From a virus: 64,000 nt of DNA. How positions within the stretch are numbered: position 1 is the first letter of the stretch; each line of letters opens with the position of its first letter. The notes under the pieces were generated by a model. That model was not told the origin of the DNA and did not search any database. It saw only the letters and a program-made list of their open reading frames with translations. Below, in pieces: positions 9,564-19,546 of this stretch. The stretch spans positions 113,881-177,880 of IMG/VR virus record IMGVR_UViG_3300035670_013228; one strand, given 5' to 3'. The position numbers and the translations under genes were made by a program.

Positions 9564-10281
9564 AAATATCTAACTTAGCTAAGATTTTTGCTATTATAGG
9601 ATTGCGAATAATATCATTGTCTGTTAAAGTAGAAATACCAATACCCTCAACATTAGCAAGATTGGTTATCATCTCATAAAAACCACCCTGTAAATGTCTG
9701 GCTAGATCGGATTGTGAAACATCTCCGGTCAATACCATTTTACTGTTTTGTCCAATCCTTGTCAACAACATTTTTAATTGTTCGTACGATGCATTTTGAC
9801 ACTCGTCAGCAACTATAAAACTATCATGAAAATTACGGCCTCTCATAAAACCAAGAGGAACAATCTCAATTTTATTGTTGAGTTTTAGCGTTGTATTTAG
9901 AGCTTGTCCAATAAAATAATTGATTTCGTCTTCTATTGGCAATAGATAGGGAAATAATTTTTCTTCGTATTTACCTGGTAGATATCCTATTTTTTCTCCT
10001 GCTTCAACAACGGGTCTTGTTATGATAATTTTTTTGATTTTGTCTTCTAGCAAATATTCTAACGCTAAACCAACAGCACAATGTGTTTTACCGCTACCAG
10101 CACTACCTTGACAAAAAGTAATAGTATTTTCTACTATAGATCGTATATATTCTTTTTGATTTTCTGTTCTTGGTTTTAATCTATTCCTGGATGATAATCT
10201 TGTATTGTCTTGATTAAGGGGCGAATTTGTGAGATCAATAATTTTTTCTTTTCTAGTGCTACCATTTTTTTTCTTTCTCAA
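9544..10281 (-). CDS. phoH: PhoH-like ATPase
   Basis: GSAGSGKT, TRPVVEAGEKIGYLPG, MRGRNF, DECQN and GDVSQSD. Confidence 0.97.
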   Translation of the reverse strand: MRKKKNGSTRKEKIIDLTNSPLNQDNTRLSSRNRLKPRTENQKEYIRSIVENTITFCQGSAGSGKTHCAVGLALEYLLEDKIKKIIITRPVVEAGEKIGYLPGKYEEKLFPYLLPIEDEINYFIGQALNTTLKLNNKIEIVPLGFMRGRNFHDSFIVADECQNASYEQLKMLLTRIGQNSKMVLTGDVSQSDLARHLQGGFYEMITNLANVEGIGISTLTDNDIIRNPIIAKILAKLDIYEESRK

Positions 10282-10320
10282 GTTATGCCCTTTATAATAA
10301 GTGATATATTAATAATAACA

Positions 10321-10334
10321 TATTAATATACACC
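10321..10334 (-). promoter_or_regulatory. recurrent intergenic motif GGTGTATATTAATA (candidate phage-specific promoter)
   Basis: One of about 8 same-orientation RGTGTATWWT-type copies upstream of genes (see finding). Confidence 0.5.
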
Positions 10335-10339
10335 ATATA

Positions 10340-10705
10340 TCATATTACAAATGAGTTAAGGTCAGGAGCTTTCCATCCGTCTGGTTTTAGTACTTTACCA
10401 TCTTCTCTCTTTTTTACTTTTCCTGTAACAGGATCTACTTTAGCGAAATTGGTTTTCATCACTTCATCCCATGCCCCTTGAGCATTGCTGCCTGTGCTGT
10501 TTATAGCTCCTGCTGTAACCACAATGATATCTATTAAAGCATCTAGTATTTCTACTTTATCTTTATTATGTAGAGCCTCTTGTAATTCCGATACTTCTTC
10601 TTTGATAAGAGTATAATACATATCTAGTTGAGATTGATTCCATTCGCAAACTGTTTGGTCACAAGCAACCATAAATTTTGTTTGATCTTCAAATACATTT
10701 CCCAT
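10340..10705 (-). CDS. MazG-like / PRA-PH-like nucleotide pyrophosphohydrolase
   Basis: EEVSEL...DALIDIIVV, EVMKTNFAK and DGKVLKP. Confidence 0.85.
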   Translation of the reverse strand: MGNVFEDQTKFMVACDQTVCEWNQSQLDMYYTLIKEEVSELQEALHNKDKVEILDALIDIIVVTAGAINSTGSNAQGAWDEVMKTNFAKVDPVTGKVKKREDGKVLKPDGWKAPDLNSFVI

Positions 10706-10718
10706 TATATATTCTCCT

Positions 10719-12371
10719 TTAAGATTCGCAATTACTACATGACAAAATATTTCTTGCTAATTCTTGAGCGGGGTTGGCGCTTCGTTGATAATAAAAGGTT
10801 TTAATGCCTAATTTCCACCCTTCTATAAGAAGATCACTAACTTGTTTTGGTGGTATATCTGGACCTATCATTAGATTTAAAGACTGAGACTGATCTATAT
10901 ATTTTTGTCTCTGAGACGCTTGAATAATAATTTCTTTCTGACTAATTTCTCCAAATGTTTTAAATACTTCTTTTTCATTATCGGATAAGAACTTTAGATG
11001 TTGAACAGAACCTCCCTTAACGAGAATACTCTTCCAGACAGTTTCGTCATTTTTATTGTATTTTTTAAGAATTTCTTTTAGATGAGGGTTCTTATATGTG
11101 AATTTTCCTTTTGCTAAATTCTTAACAAAATAATTACTATTCAATGGTTCTATGCTAGGACTTACTTGTCCCAATATAAAACTACTGCTAGTTGTTGGAG
11201 CAATTGCTAGCGTTGTTACATTTCTACGGCCATATCCTTCTAGAATAGGAGCCTCTCCGAATTTTTCTGCTAATTCTCTTGATGCTTTATCTGATCGTTC
11301 TCTAATAGTTTGCCACATATTAGTATTAATTAGTTTAGCTTGCATACTTTCAAAGCTTATCATTTTGCTTTGAAGATATGAATGCCATCCCAATACTCCC
11401 ATACCTAATGCCCTATGATTTAAGGCAAAGTTTCTTGCGCTCTTCATAAAACGAATATTCTCTGTTTTATTTACAAACTCTTGGTTAACGCTATCTAAGA
11501 AGTAGATAAGAGTTTCTATCGCGTCGGTTTGTATAATTTCATCCCAATGAAGTAGATTAAGAGAACTTAGAACACAAACAAAACTATTATTTTCATCTGA
11601 TGCTAGATTAATTTCTGAACATAGATTGCTACTATTTATTTTTATATTTTTGTCTTTATAAGCTTGCGGAGCATTATTGTTTACAGTATCATAAAAGAAT
11701 ATATATGGATATCCACTCTCAAATCGTTTTTGAATAATTTTAGCCCAAATTTTTCTTTTGTGCTTATCTCCTTCTACCATACTATGCATCCACTCATCGG
11801 TTATTGTAACACCAATACTCATATTTTGAATAGGATGACCTTCATTACGAATTTGTAAAAATTCCTCTATATCAGGATGCTCCACCGGCAAGTAGGCCGC
11901 AAAGCTTCCTCTTCGTGCCGATCCTTGACTAATAACATCTGCTACTTTATCGAACAATTCCATAAAGTGAACAGGGCCGCTACTTTCTCCTCCAACACTA
12001 ATACTCGCTCCTCGTGATCTTAATTCTCCGAAATAACCACTAGTACCACCGCCTAATTTGCTCATCATACCAACTTCGGCCACTTTATACAGAATGCTGT
12101 CCATTCTGTCGCTGATATGGGAATTAAAGCAACTAACTGGCAATCCTCGGGAATTACCATAATTAGTCCAAACTGGTGTGGATAATGAGTAAAATCCTAA
12201 ACTCATATACTTTTCAAATTTTTCTGCAAAATTTGGAATACCTAATAATTTTTCAGCATTTTGAGATATATTTTTTATTCTATCTTCTGGAGAAACATCT
12301 TGTTGAAGATATCCTCTTTCTAAGAATAGGCGACTATGTGAATTAAGCCAATAGTATGGTTGGGTCGTCAT
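10719..12371 (-). CDS. nrdA: class I ribonucleotide reductase alpha subunit (short, no ATP cone)
   Basis: PVSCF, GGGTSG, SNLCSEI, AIAPTTSSS, KTFYYQRS and C-terminal CSNC. Confidence 0.95.
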   Translation of the reverse strand: MTTQPYYWLNSHSRLFLERGYLQQDVSPEDRIKNISQNAEKLLGIPNFAEKFEKYMSLGFYSLSTPVWTNYGNSRGLPVSCFNSHISDRMDSILYKVAEVGMMSKLGGGTSGYFGELRSRGASISVGGESSGPVHFMELFDKVADVISQGSARRGSFAAYLPVEHPDIEEFLQIRNEGHPIQNMSIGVTITDEWMHSMVEGDKHKRKIWAKIIQKRFESGYPYIFFYDTVNNNAPQAYKDKNIKINSSNLCSEINLASDENNSFVCVLSSLNLLHWDEIIQTDAIETLIYFLDSVNQEFVNKTENIRFMKSARNFALNHRALGMGVLGWHSYLQSKMISFESMQAKLINTNMWQTIRERSDKASRELAEKFGEAPILEGYGRRNVTTLAIAPTTSSSFILGQVSPSIEPLNSNYFVKNLAKGKFTYKNPHLKEILKKYNKNDETVWKSILVKGGSVQHLKFLSDNEKEVFKTFGEISQKEIIIQASQRQKYIDQSQSLNLMIGPDIPPKQVSDLLIEGWKLGIKTFYYQRSANPAQELARNILSCSNCES

Positions 12372-12400
12372 TTAAAGTCCTATAAAACCTGTAGCAGTGA

Positions 12401-13372
12401 TTAAAACAAAGCCTCTATGTCGAACGACAGAGCTTTCTTAGAGTATTCTACGGGGCGAGAATGGAAGAAATCGGTCATATTGTTACCAAGAATCTGTTCG
12501 TCGAACCATAATGTTTTTGACAACAATTTTTGATCAATATCAAATACAGGTTCGTATCCTATTTGGCTCAACGATTCATTTAGTCTATTTTTGATGAACT
12601 CTTTAAGAAGATCAGAATTTAGATTTTCTTCTACATAACCATTAACAATCCAGTCAATAATTTCGCATTCGTATTTGACCGCTTCCTTGGATTCGTGAAT
12701 AATTTTATCTTCTAGTTCTTTATCAAACAGTTCTGGATATTCTTGTTTAATGGTGTTGATTATTTTAATACCTATCATAGCATGAAGATTTTCTTCTCTA
12801 CTGGTATATTCAACTTGCTTATTTGTATCTTTAAGTAAATTCAGAAATCTACCAAAATAACTAATAGTATAAAATTGAGAAAACAATGCTATATTCTCAA
12901 CGAATAGAGTAAATAGAATAAGAGAGTAAATAAATTGTTTTTTGTTATCTTGATGGAATTTATGTAAATGCTTACGAAGATAATTAACCCTGCCTTTGAT
13001 AATATCTAATTCTAAGATTTTTTCGAAATTATCATCTATGCCCAAAACTTCTAAAAGTCTTTCATAAGCATCGCCATGAATAACTTCCACATGAGCCATT
13101 GTATATCCTAAATCATTCAGAGATGGATGTGGCAGATTGTCTCCTAGTTTGGCCCAAAATTTCTTCACACTGATTTCTAGTTGGCCTATAGTTGATAGTG
13201 CTCGAATTATTATTTGTTTTTGTTGTTCAGTTAAATTAACCCTGAAATCTTGAGTATCACTACTAAAATTAAATTCTCTGTGTGTCCAAAAGCCATTATG
13301 CATAGCCTCTATGAAGTCTTGTGTCCATGGATAATTATCCGGCTTGCGACTAATTTGCTCATCAAAAATCAT
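12401..13372 (-). CDS. nrdB: class I ribonucleotide reductase beta subunit
   Basis: EVIHGDAY, VENIALFSQF, SREENLH and DFFH. Confidence 0.95.
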   Translation of the reverse strand: MIFDEQISRKPDNYPWTQDFIEAMHNGFWTHREFNFSSDTQDFRVNLTEQQKQIIIRALSTIGQLEISVKKFWAKLGDNLPHPSLNDLGYTMAHVEVIHGDAYERLLEVLGIDDNFEKILELDIIKGRVNYLRKHLHKFHQDNKKQFIYSLILFTLFVENIALFSQFYTISYFGRFLNLLKDTNKQVEYTSREENLHAMIGIKIINTIKQEYPELFDKELEDKIIHESKEAVKYECEIIDWIVNGYVEENLNSDLLKEFIKNRLNESLSQIGYEPVFDIDQKLLSKTLWFDEQILGNNMTDFFHSRPVEYSKKALSFDIEALF

Positions 13373-13384
13373 AATAAGACTCCG

Positions 13385-13522
13385 TTATTTTTTTAGTAGT
13401 AAAGACATAAACCCCAACATGACCAAACTAGCAAATTCTTTATCGACAGGATTAAAAGTTGGGTCAAAATATATTCTTATCGTATGTATTATAGACACAA
13501 TATAAAATAGGGTAACTATCAT
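13385..13522 (-). CDS. 45-aa two-TM membrane peptide
   Basis: Manual translation MIVTLFYIVSIIHTIRIYFDPTFNPVDKEFASLVMLGFMSLLLKK. It has an ATGA overlap with the upstream stop and fills the gap before nrdB. Confidence 0.5.
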   Translation of the reverse strand: MIVTLFYIVSIIHTIRIYFDPTFNPVDKEFASLVMLGFMSLLLKK

Positions 13523-13992
13523 AATACACCAATACTTTGTTTCATCCAATCAAGATTTGGTTGTATGTAAAAAATTTTTATACCACTCATTTTCACAAAT
13601 TTATCGAATCTTTCCTTTGCTTTGTTATCAAACAGAACCGTCCCGTGATTATCTATCATATAGACGGTGTCGATGCCTTCTTGCCATAATGCTATAATAC
13701 AATCATTGCAACATTGACCGGTAACATATGCTGTTCCGCCATCTGGTCTTACTACGCAATTACTAAGAGCATTTCTTTCGCTATGTACCATCCAATCGTA
13801 TTTGTCTGGTCTTTCGGTTGGTAACTGGGAATCATCCAGACCACGAGGAAAACCATTATATCCCACGCCTAAAATTCTATTTTGCTTATCTGTAATCACA
13901 CATCCGTGTTGGGTGTGTATATCGTGGCTTCTTTGAGAAACTACTTTGGATAGTCCAAGAAAATAATCTGTCCAGTTTGGTCTGTTTTTCAT
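13519..13992 (-). CDS. dCMP deaminase
   Basis: HSERNA...CCNDC zinc motif and GYNGFPRG. Start reassigned to MKNRPNWTDYF. Confidence 0.9.
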   Translation of the reverse strand: MKNRPNWTDYFLGLSKVVSQRSHDIHTQHGCVITDKQNRILGVGYNGFPRGLDDSQLPTERPDKYDWMVHSERNALSNCVVRPDGGTAYVTGQCCNDCIIALWQEGIDTVYMIDNHGTVLFDNKAKERFDKFVKMSGIKIFYIQPNLDWMKQSIGVL

Positions 13993-14036
13993 ATAACATA
14001 TGATACCGCAGATCACAACTATGTCAATAGGATCAT

Positions 14037-14867
14037 TTATATTTTTAAAATTGGTTGGTTCATGAAATGATAATGACAAAGATTACCAATATTAGAATAT
14101 TGTATATTTTTATGACTACCGTCTCCTATTTTATAAGCATAAACAGCTTCTATAATTTTTGCTGTATCGTTATCAGACAGTAGATGATATGCTTTGAGAT
14201 TATTATCTATAATTGTTTTTGCTAACATACTCTCGCAATCACATCCCTGTATAGCATCCCAAGGATAATAATGTGGGTGTTTCTTTTTTATTTCTTCATA
14301 AAGAGTTTTTAATCTAATAATTTCAGAATAATCCGGATACCAGTTAGTAATTTTGTTTTTATATATATAGTAGTTAGTTTGTGGATAAAAATAAGATTGG
14401 TTTTTTATATTATCAAATAATTGTTTTTTGCTAACATTATTAAAAGCAGCATATCCTATATTATTAATATAGAAAAAATCATAGTTATTATCTATAATCA
14501 CATCAAAAATACTCATATCCGAAATAATATCATTTGAAAATTTCCAAACATATTTAGTATTTGTTTGTTTAAAATATTCAAATAGAATAAAATCTAGATG
14601 CATAGCACCAAAAATAGGTCCTATGTTTTTATTATATAGGATTTGTATTTTATTTTGATTATATATATTATTTAATTGTTTATTGCAATCGTTTGCTAGT
14701 GATTCATCTGATCCATTAATACTTAATACAATTTTATTAAATTTATTAAGCCATGTTTCATTGAAAATAAAATATTGTATAAATTTTACTAAAGATTCTT
14801 TGTCACTGATATTTCCAACAAAACCAACCGACGAATCAGATATTATATTACTTAATTTAATTTGCAT
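14037..14867 (-). CDS. hypothetical protein, possibly glycosyltransferase-like
   Basis: Sits in the GT cluster. NKNIG...KFSNDII is loosely GT-A-like. Confidence 0.35.
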   Translation of the reverse strand: MQIKLSNIISDSSVGFVGNISDKESLVKFIQYFIFNETWLNKFNKIVLSINGSDESLANDCNKQLNNIYNQNKIQILYNKNIGPIFGAMHLDFILFEYFKQTNTKYVWKFSNDIISDMSIFDVIIDNNYDFFYINNIGYAAFNNVSKKQLFDNIKNQSYFYPQTNYYIYKNKITNWYPDYSEIIRLKTLYEEIKKKHPHYYPWDAIQGCDCESMLAKTIIDNNLKAYHLLSDNDTAKIIEAVYAYKIGDGSHKNIQYSNIGNLCHYHFMNQPILKI

Positions 14868-15636
14868 TGAGACACTTAGAGTTATCTATTGGGTTGTGTT
14901 GTGCTAGTCTTCCCCATTTATACTTAAAATATAAATGACTATTATATTCATATATTTTAGATTTTTCAATTTGATCAGGCGATTTTGCTGATACTGATAC
15001 AAAATGATAAAAGTGAAGGCTATATATTCTTTGCATTTTAAGACCATTCATTTTACATTTCATAAAAAATTCCCAGTCTGCTACAAAACCGCTAGGAGAA
15101 GGATAATCTTGATCGAAACCTCCACATCTTAGAAAATTTATTTTATTCATAAAAATAGGAAATGTTGAACCGGAATCTTCTATAATATTTTTACTGATTC
15201 TATCAGAATACTCAAGAAAACTATTAAGATCAAAACTTTTAGGATCTCTACCTAAGTCTTTGATGTGAAACTGACTAAATATGCTATTATATGGTTCTAT
15301 TTGATTCGGACTAATAACGCTTTGGGATATGTCTATATCAGATAAAATAATATCCCATTTTTTAGGAAAAACATTATCATCATTAACAATTAAGATAGAA
15401 TCATATTGAGATTCATAAACCCCAATATTAGTTGCTTTGCATGTTCCTACATTCTTGTCAAGAATAATAGGATTAATATATTTTTTATATTTGAGTAGTA
15501 TATCTTTATTAATTTCAAATGTTCCGTCAACTACAACAACAATATTATTTATATTATTTTGTGATTCTATAGCAGATTTTATACATAAATCAAGAGCCGT
15601 TGGAGTATTATATGTAGGTATAATAACACTAATCAT
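14857..15636 (-). CDS. glycosyltransferase family 2
   Basis: ISVIIPTYN, VVDGT, NIG, VNDDNVF and GGFD...DWEF. Confidence 0.92.
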   Translation of the reverse strand: MISVIIPTYNTPTALDLCIKSAIESQNNINNIVVVVDGTFEINKDILLKYKKYINPIILDKNVGTCKATNIGVYESQYDSILIVNDDNVFPKKWDIILSDIDISQSVISPNQIEPYNSIFSQFHIKDLGRDPKSFDLNSFLEYSDRISKNIIEDSGSTFPIFMNKINFLRCGGFDQDYPSPSGFVADWEFFMKCKMNGLKMQRIYSLHFYHFVSVSAKSPDQIEKSKIYEYNSHLYFKYKWGRLAQHNPIDNSKCLNAN

Positions 15637-16267
15637 AGAAATTATAATATTCTCCTATTTTAAATTTGGATTTCATGTTGATAGATCCGTGTTCACTAGG
15701 AATATAATTCTTATATTCTATTACTCTAAAATCGATACTAACTCTTGTTTTACCAGTTGTATTTATTTTGTTTCCATGTAAAAGATTTGGCCCGTCCCAC
15801 TGTATAAATTCACCATATTTACAAATCATTGGACTAAAATCATTTTTATCTTCAGAAGATTCTACCCATATGGTATTAGTATCAAAAGCATCTGTAAAAG
15901 GCAGGAAAAAATTTAATTCTTTAACTTTTGCTGCCCAATCGCCATTTCTATACCACTTATCTTTATGGAATTCTCCAACAGCTATATTATTAGGATAACA
16001 AATGCGAAAAGTGGGGATTTTTTGAATAACAATTGAGTTCTCATATAGTGGCCTAATATATTGCTTAATAAATAAATCATACATAGAGGTAAAATCACCA
16101 GTCCTGCTCCATTCATAAAATAATTTATGATGAGGTGTACTTTGATCATTTTCTCTTTTCAGCAGATCAATATCGCTATTGATAGTTGCTAAATCAGCAA
16201 CATTGAAAATTTTAGCTAGACTTGAAGCAAAGTTAAATTCATTTGTATTATACATATATTTATACAT
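15629..16267 (-). CDS. 2OG-Fe(II) dioxygenase (StrG-like)
   Basis: FHKD...LLHGN...TRVSIDFR (HxD...H...R). Confidence 0.8.
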   Translation of the reverse strand: MYKYMYNTNEFNFASSLAKIFNVADLATINSDIDLLKRENDQSTPHHKLFYEWSRTGDFTSMYDLFIKQYIRPLYENSIVIQKIPTFRICYPNNIAVGEFHKDKWYRNGDWAAKVKELNFFLPFTDAFDTNTIWVESSEDKNDFSPMICKYGEFIQWDGPNLLHGNKINTTGKTRVSIDFRVIEYKNYIPSEHGSINMKSKFKIGEYYNFYD

Positions 16268-16952
16268 AATTGTTCCAGTTAATTAATGGTGATAAGTATT
16301 GTGTTTCTCCGTGCGTAGAATATCCCGGGATAGGCGAAATTAAAAATTTTTGGTTTTTTGCTAGTTCTAAAAACATTTGAAAGTCATTAGGATGCGTACC
16401 ACTTGTCCATTTTCTCAAAATATATTCATCTTGCTTTAGCGTTTTAACGGTGGTTGCAAAGGTCATGGTAGTAGAATTGGTAATTTTCCAATGACACGAT
16501 TGAGATAAATAGACTCTGGTGTTTTCCGCCCCACCACTACAAAAAGGATTGCCTCCATTAGAAGGATCTATATATTTATCTGGATGGTCATATAGTGTAA
16601 TATAAGGAAATCCTATTGTAAATCCTTCTAATAAAATATTAGAACTTCTAGTTCTATGAAGATAATCGTTTTCAACAAAATAGATATATTCTTCGTCATC
16701 TAATAATAATGCTCTATCTAGAGCTAAATTAAATGTTCCTGCTCCATGACCCACTGCAACTTTTTCGATTTGATCTTTTTTAACATATTCATTAATCATT
16801 TTATATGTATTATCGCTTACATTGTCTGCAATGATGTTGATGTCAGATGGATCAAAATGTTGACAAAAATTATGTAAACAATTTTTATTATTGATATAAG
16901 ATGGTTTGTTTTTTGGATATCCAGTATCACTAATCCTATAGAAAATTTTCAT
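16260..16952 (-). CDS. GT-A fold glycosyltransferase
   Basis: IADN and YFVENDYLH (DxD-like). Start reassigned to MKIFYRISD (ATGA coupling). Confidence 0.75.
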   Translation of the reverse strand: MKIFYRISDTGYPKNKPSYINNKNCLHNFCQHFDPSDINIIADNVSDNTYKMINEYVKKDQIEKVAVGHGAGTFNLALDRALLLDDEEYIYFVENDYLHRTRSSNILLEGFTIGFPYITLYDHPDKYIDPSNGGNPFCSGGAENTRVYLSQSCHWKITNSTTMTFATTVKTLKQDEYILRKWTSGTHPNDFQMFLELAKNQKFLISPIPGYSTHGETQYLSPLINWNNYV

Positions 16953-17527
16953 AAAGCTTTTAGTCCATAAAAATATAAGTCGCAATGAGGCTCGGGATTA
17001 TAGAAGAATTGGTAAGAAGCAAAGATTTTATCTATGTCTAGAACAGATCTAATATCATATTCTGTTATATTTCTGTAATAGTTCATCCAGTCTCCCTCTT
17101 CTATATTCGCTGTTAAGGGAGAAGAGAAGGCATCTTTGCCTTCGGACCTAACTGTGCCGTGTTCGGGCCTGCCTGTGGAAGCGCATGTAATAAGCATTAA
17201 TTTACCTGGTTTCAGTAAATCTACCATACGTTGTATAGATTTTTCCCAAAACATATCGTGCTCAAGAGCCTCTGTGCTTATAACAATATCATAAGTTTGG
17301 TCGCTTTGAAACTCATGAGTTTTTGATACTATATCAACATTATTTCCTGGACCAATATCAACACCAGTATAGTTATAATTAAAGAATAAAAAACGATTAT
17401 TTCCATTGATATCTTGAGATCCAAAGTCTATGACATTAATTTTATCAGATAGAGATTTTCCTATAAAATAAGATAAGAAATGCCTTCTAACATTAATTAA
17501 AAATTCTTGTTGAGCATAGTGAGCCAT
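16949..17527 (-). CDS. class I SAM-dependent methyltransferase
   Basis: VIDFGSQDING, GVDIGPG, YDIVISTEALEHD and LLKPGKL. Confidence 0.9.
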   Translation of the reverse strand: MAHYAQQEFLINVRRHFLSYFIGKSLSDKINVIDFGSQDINGNNRFLFFNYNYTGVDIGPGNNVDIVSKTHEFQSDQTYDIVISTEALEHDMFWEKSIQRMVDLLKPGKLMLITCASTGRPEHGTVRSEGKDAFSSPLTANIEEGDWMNYYRNITEYDIRSVLDIDKIFASYQFFYNPEPHCDLYFYGLKAL

Positions 17528-17567
17528 ATTAAATTTTTATTTTTCAGTTTAAGGTATGTATAGGTGA

Positions 17568-18266
17568 TTATTCTTTTATAATATAGCATCCTGCCGGTAA
17601 GCCTGAGTTATCATTGGTGTGTTTTTTATTAATGTCTAAAGGCTGATCGGTTACCGGATGGTTAATGAATTCAGGAATATTTCTTTGCCCGAAGAATGTT
17701 TTAATAGCGTCCAAAGTTTCATATAGACACGAATCATCAAATATAATATATCCTCCACATTGAACTTTATCATATAATTCTTCTAAGGTTTCTAATGTGG
17801 CAGAATAGGCGTCTACATCTATTCTTAGTAAAGCTATCTTTTTGATTCCGGAGGTGGGTAAAGTGTCTTTAACAAATCCTTTTAAAAATTTGATTCGATC
17901 TTGATTGCCCAAACCATAATTTTCAAAATTAGTTTTAACTTGCTCTAAACTAATAGCCAATGGACCCACAGCATTATGTGTAAAGTTAGGAGTATGTCTT
18001 TCTTTGTCATACTTATGTTTTGCTGTTGCTAAGGGCTGGAATCCTTCGTATGAATCACATACCCAAATAGTTTTGTTTTCAAATACACGACTTAGAAATA
18101 TGGAAAATCCGCCCCTCCAGACGCCGCATTCAACTATGTCTCCTTCAACTTCGGATATTTTGGAATAATGTTTGAATATTGTTTTAAATTCATCTGGACG
18201 AACCATAGTAATTTTTTTATTGATCAGATCCTTAGCTAGATCTTCGTATTCTTTAATTGTTTTCAT
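17568..18266 (-). CDS. TylF/MycF-family (sugar) O-methyltransferase
   Basis: GDIVECGVWRGG, DSYEG, KGFVKDTLP, LRIDVDAY and GGYIIFDD. Confidence 0.92.
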   Translation of the reverse strand: MKTIKEYEDLAKDLINKKITMVRPDEFKTIFKHYSKISEVEGDIVECGVWRGGFSIFLSRVFENKTIWVCDSYEGFQPLATAKHKYDKERHTPNFTHNAVGPLAISLEQVKTNFENYGLGNQDRIKFLKGFVKDTLPTSGIKKIALLRIDVDAYSATLETLEELYDKVQCGGYIIFDDSCLYETLDAIKTFFGQRNIPEFINHPVTDQPLDINKKHTNDNSGLPAGCYIIKE

Positions 18267-18296
18267 ATTTTACTCGACTATATTGTTTATATTTAT

Positions 18297-18902
18297 CTAT
18301 AGAATTTGTTTTGTAAAAAGAATATCAAAACCACTATTTTGTTTTATTGTATAGTTGTGTGATGTTAAATAAGATATTGTTTGTTCAAGTTTTCTACCTT
18401 TAGAAAAAGGGCCGTCGCTATGAACCTGTTCAAAGAATATATTATTAATATCTAAATTGTCAAAATTTATAGACAATAATATATCGCAATCATGTCCTTC
18501 TGTGTCTATATATAGATAATCTATAATGCCTTTTATATTAAACTTATCTATAAAATCATTTAAGGTATAGCAGTCGGCCTCGATTTTCTCTATATTGTTC
18601 TGGTGTCCGTGGGCTAATAAGTGATCATAACTAATAGAGCAATGTTCATCTAAATTATTGGGATTGCGTATATTTTTTTGACAGTATAGAGGTATTTTAC
18701 CAGTAAATGTTGAAATAGCACATTTATAAAAAATAACTTGATTAATAGCGGCGATATTTTTATAGTTTATTTGTAACTTGGCAAAATTATTATCTAGAGG
18801 TTCTATCAGATGAATTGTAGTATTCGCTAATGGTCTGGTGAGAGATTCAGTAACATGATCTTTTCCACCACAAGCACCTATTTGTATTATGTGTTTTTCC
18901 AT
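18297..18902 (-). CDS. FkbM-family methyltransferase
   Basis: IQIGACGG, LIEP, TLNDF and LYIDTEGHD. Confidence 0.88.
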   Translation of the reverse strand: MEKHIIQIGACGGKDHVTESLTRPLANTTIHLIEPLDNNFAKLQINYKNIAAINQVIFYKCAISTFTGKIPLYCQKNIRNPNNLDEHCSISYDHLLAHGHQNNIEKIEADCYTLNDFIDKFNIKGIIDYLYIDTEGHDCDILLSINFDNLDINNIFFEQVHSDGPFSKGRKLEQTISYLTSHNYTIKQNSGFDILFTKQIL

Positions 18903-18913
18903 ATCAAAAATGA

Positions 18914-19546
18914 TTATATATGTTTATAAAATTCGTTTTGTTGTCTTTGTTTTTCTATAGTTTTATGATGTATAATAGATAGATTCGGCTCACTCGGCAA
19001 GATCGCGGAACTTCTATGATTTACAAGTTGTTCATGTACATCTCCGCGCCATTCTATTCCACAGTTGTTTTTGTATATTCTTGGTTGATAGTCGGGCCAA
19101 TTTACCCACCCGTGTTGATTTATTGACCAATTATATTTTTTAATATCCTCGATAGTATAATTATCAACAGTATTAATTCTAGGTACAAAAAATAAATCAT
19201 TATTATTATTTTGTTGTATAATAGTTTTCCATAATTGTAGTGTTTGACTATAGATCATCTCATCTGCATCTAGATTTATAATAAAATTTTTTGTTGCTAA
19301 ATTATTTAAAGTGTTTTTCATACTAGAAAAATTATTTTGAAAATGAAAATTTTTATATATATGACTATATTTTTTACAAATATTTTGTATGTCTAAGAAC
19401 CATTGTTCGTATTGTTCTTCTGGATTTCTATATGTATGAAGTACAATTATTTCATCTTCAATTGTTATCTCTTTAAATAAAAAAGATAAAAGTTTTTCTA
19501 TTTCTAATATTTCATTATAAACACTAATAGTATAAGATATGTTCAT
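18914..19546 (-). CDS. glycosyltransferase family 2
   Basis: ISYTISVYNE, NLDADEM, WPDYQPRIYK and WRGDVHE. Confidence 0.88.
   Translation of the reverse strand: MNISYTISVYNEILEIEKLLSFLFKEITIEDEIIVLHTYRNPEEQYEQWFLDIQNICKKYSHIYKNFHFQNNFSSMKNTLNNLATKNFIINLDADEMIYSQTLQLWKTIIQQNNNNDLFFVPRINTVDNYTIEDIKKYNWSINQHGWVNWPDYQPRIYKNNCGIEWRGDVHEQLVNHRSSAILPSEPNLSIIHHKTIEKQRQQNEFYKHI

Noticed and set aside
12401-13372. Metal-free or otherwise unusual RNR beta subunit
   Set aside because: The ExxH metal ligands and the radical Tyr (EVIHGDAY, EENLH) are present; it looks like an ordinary class I beta.
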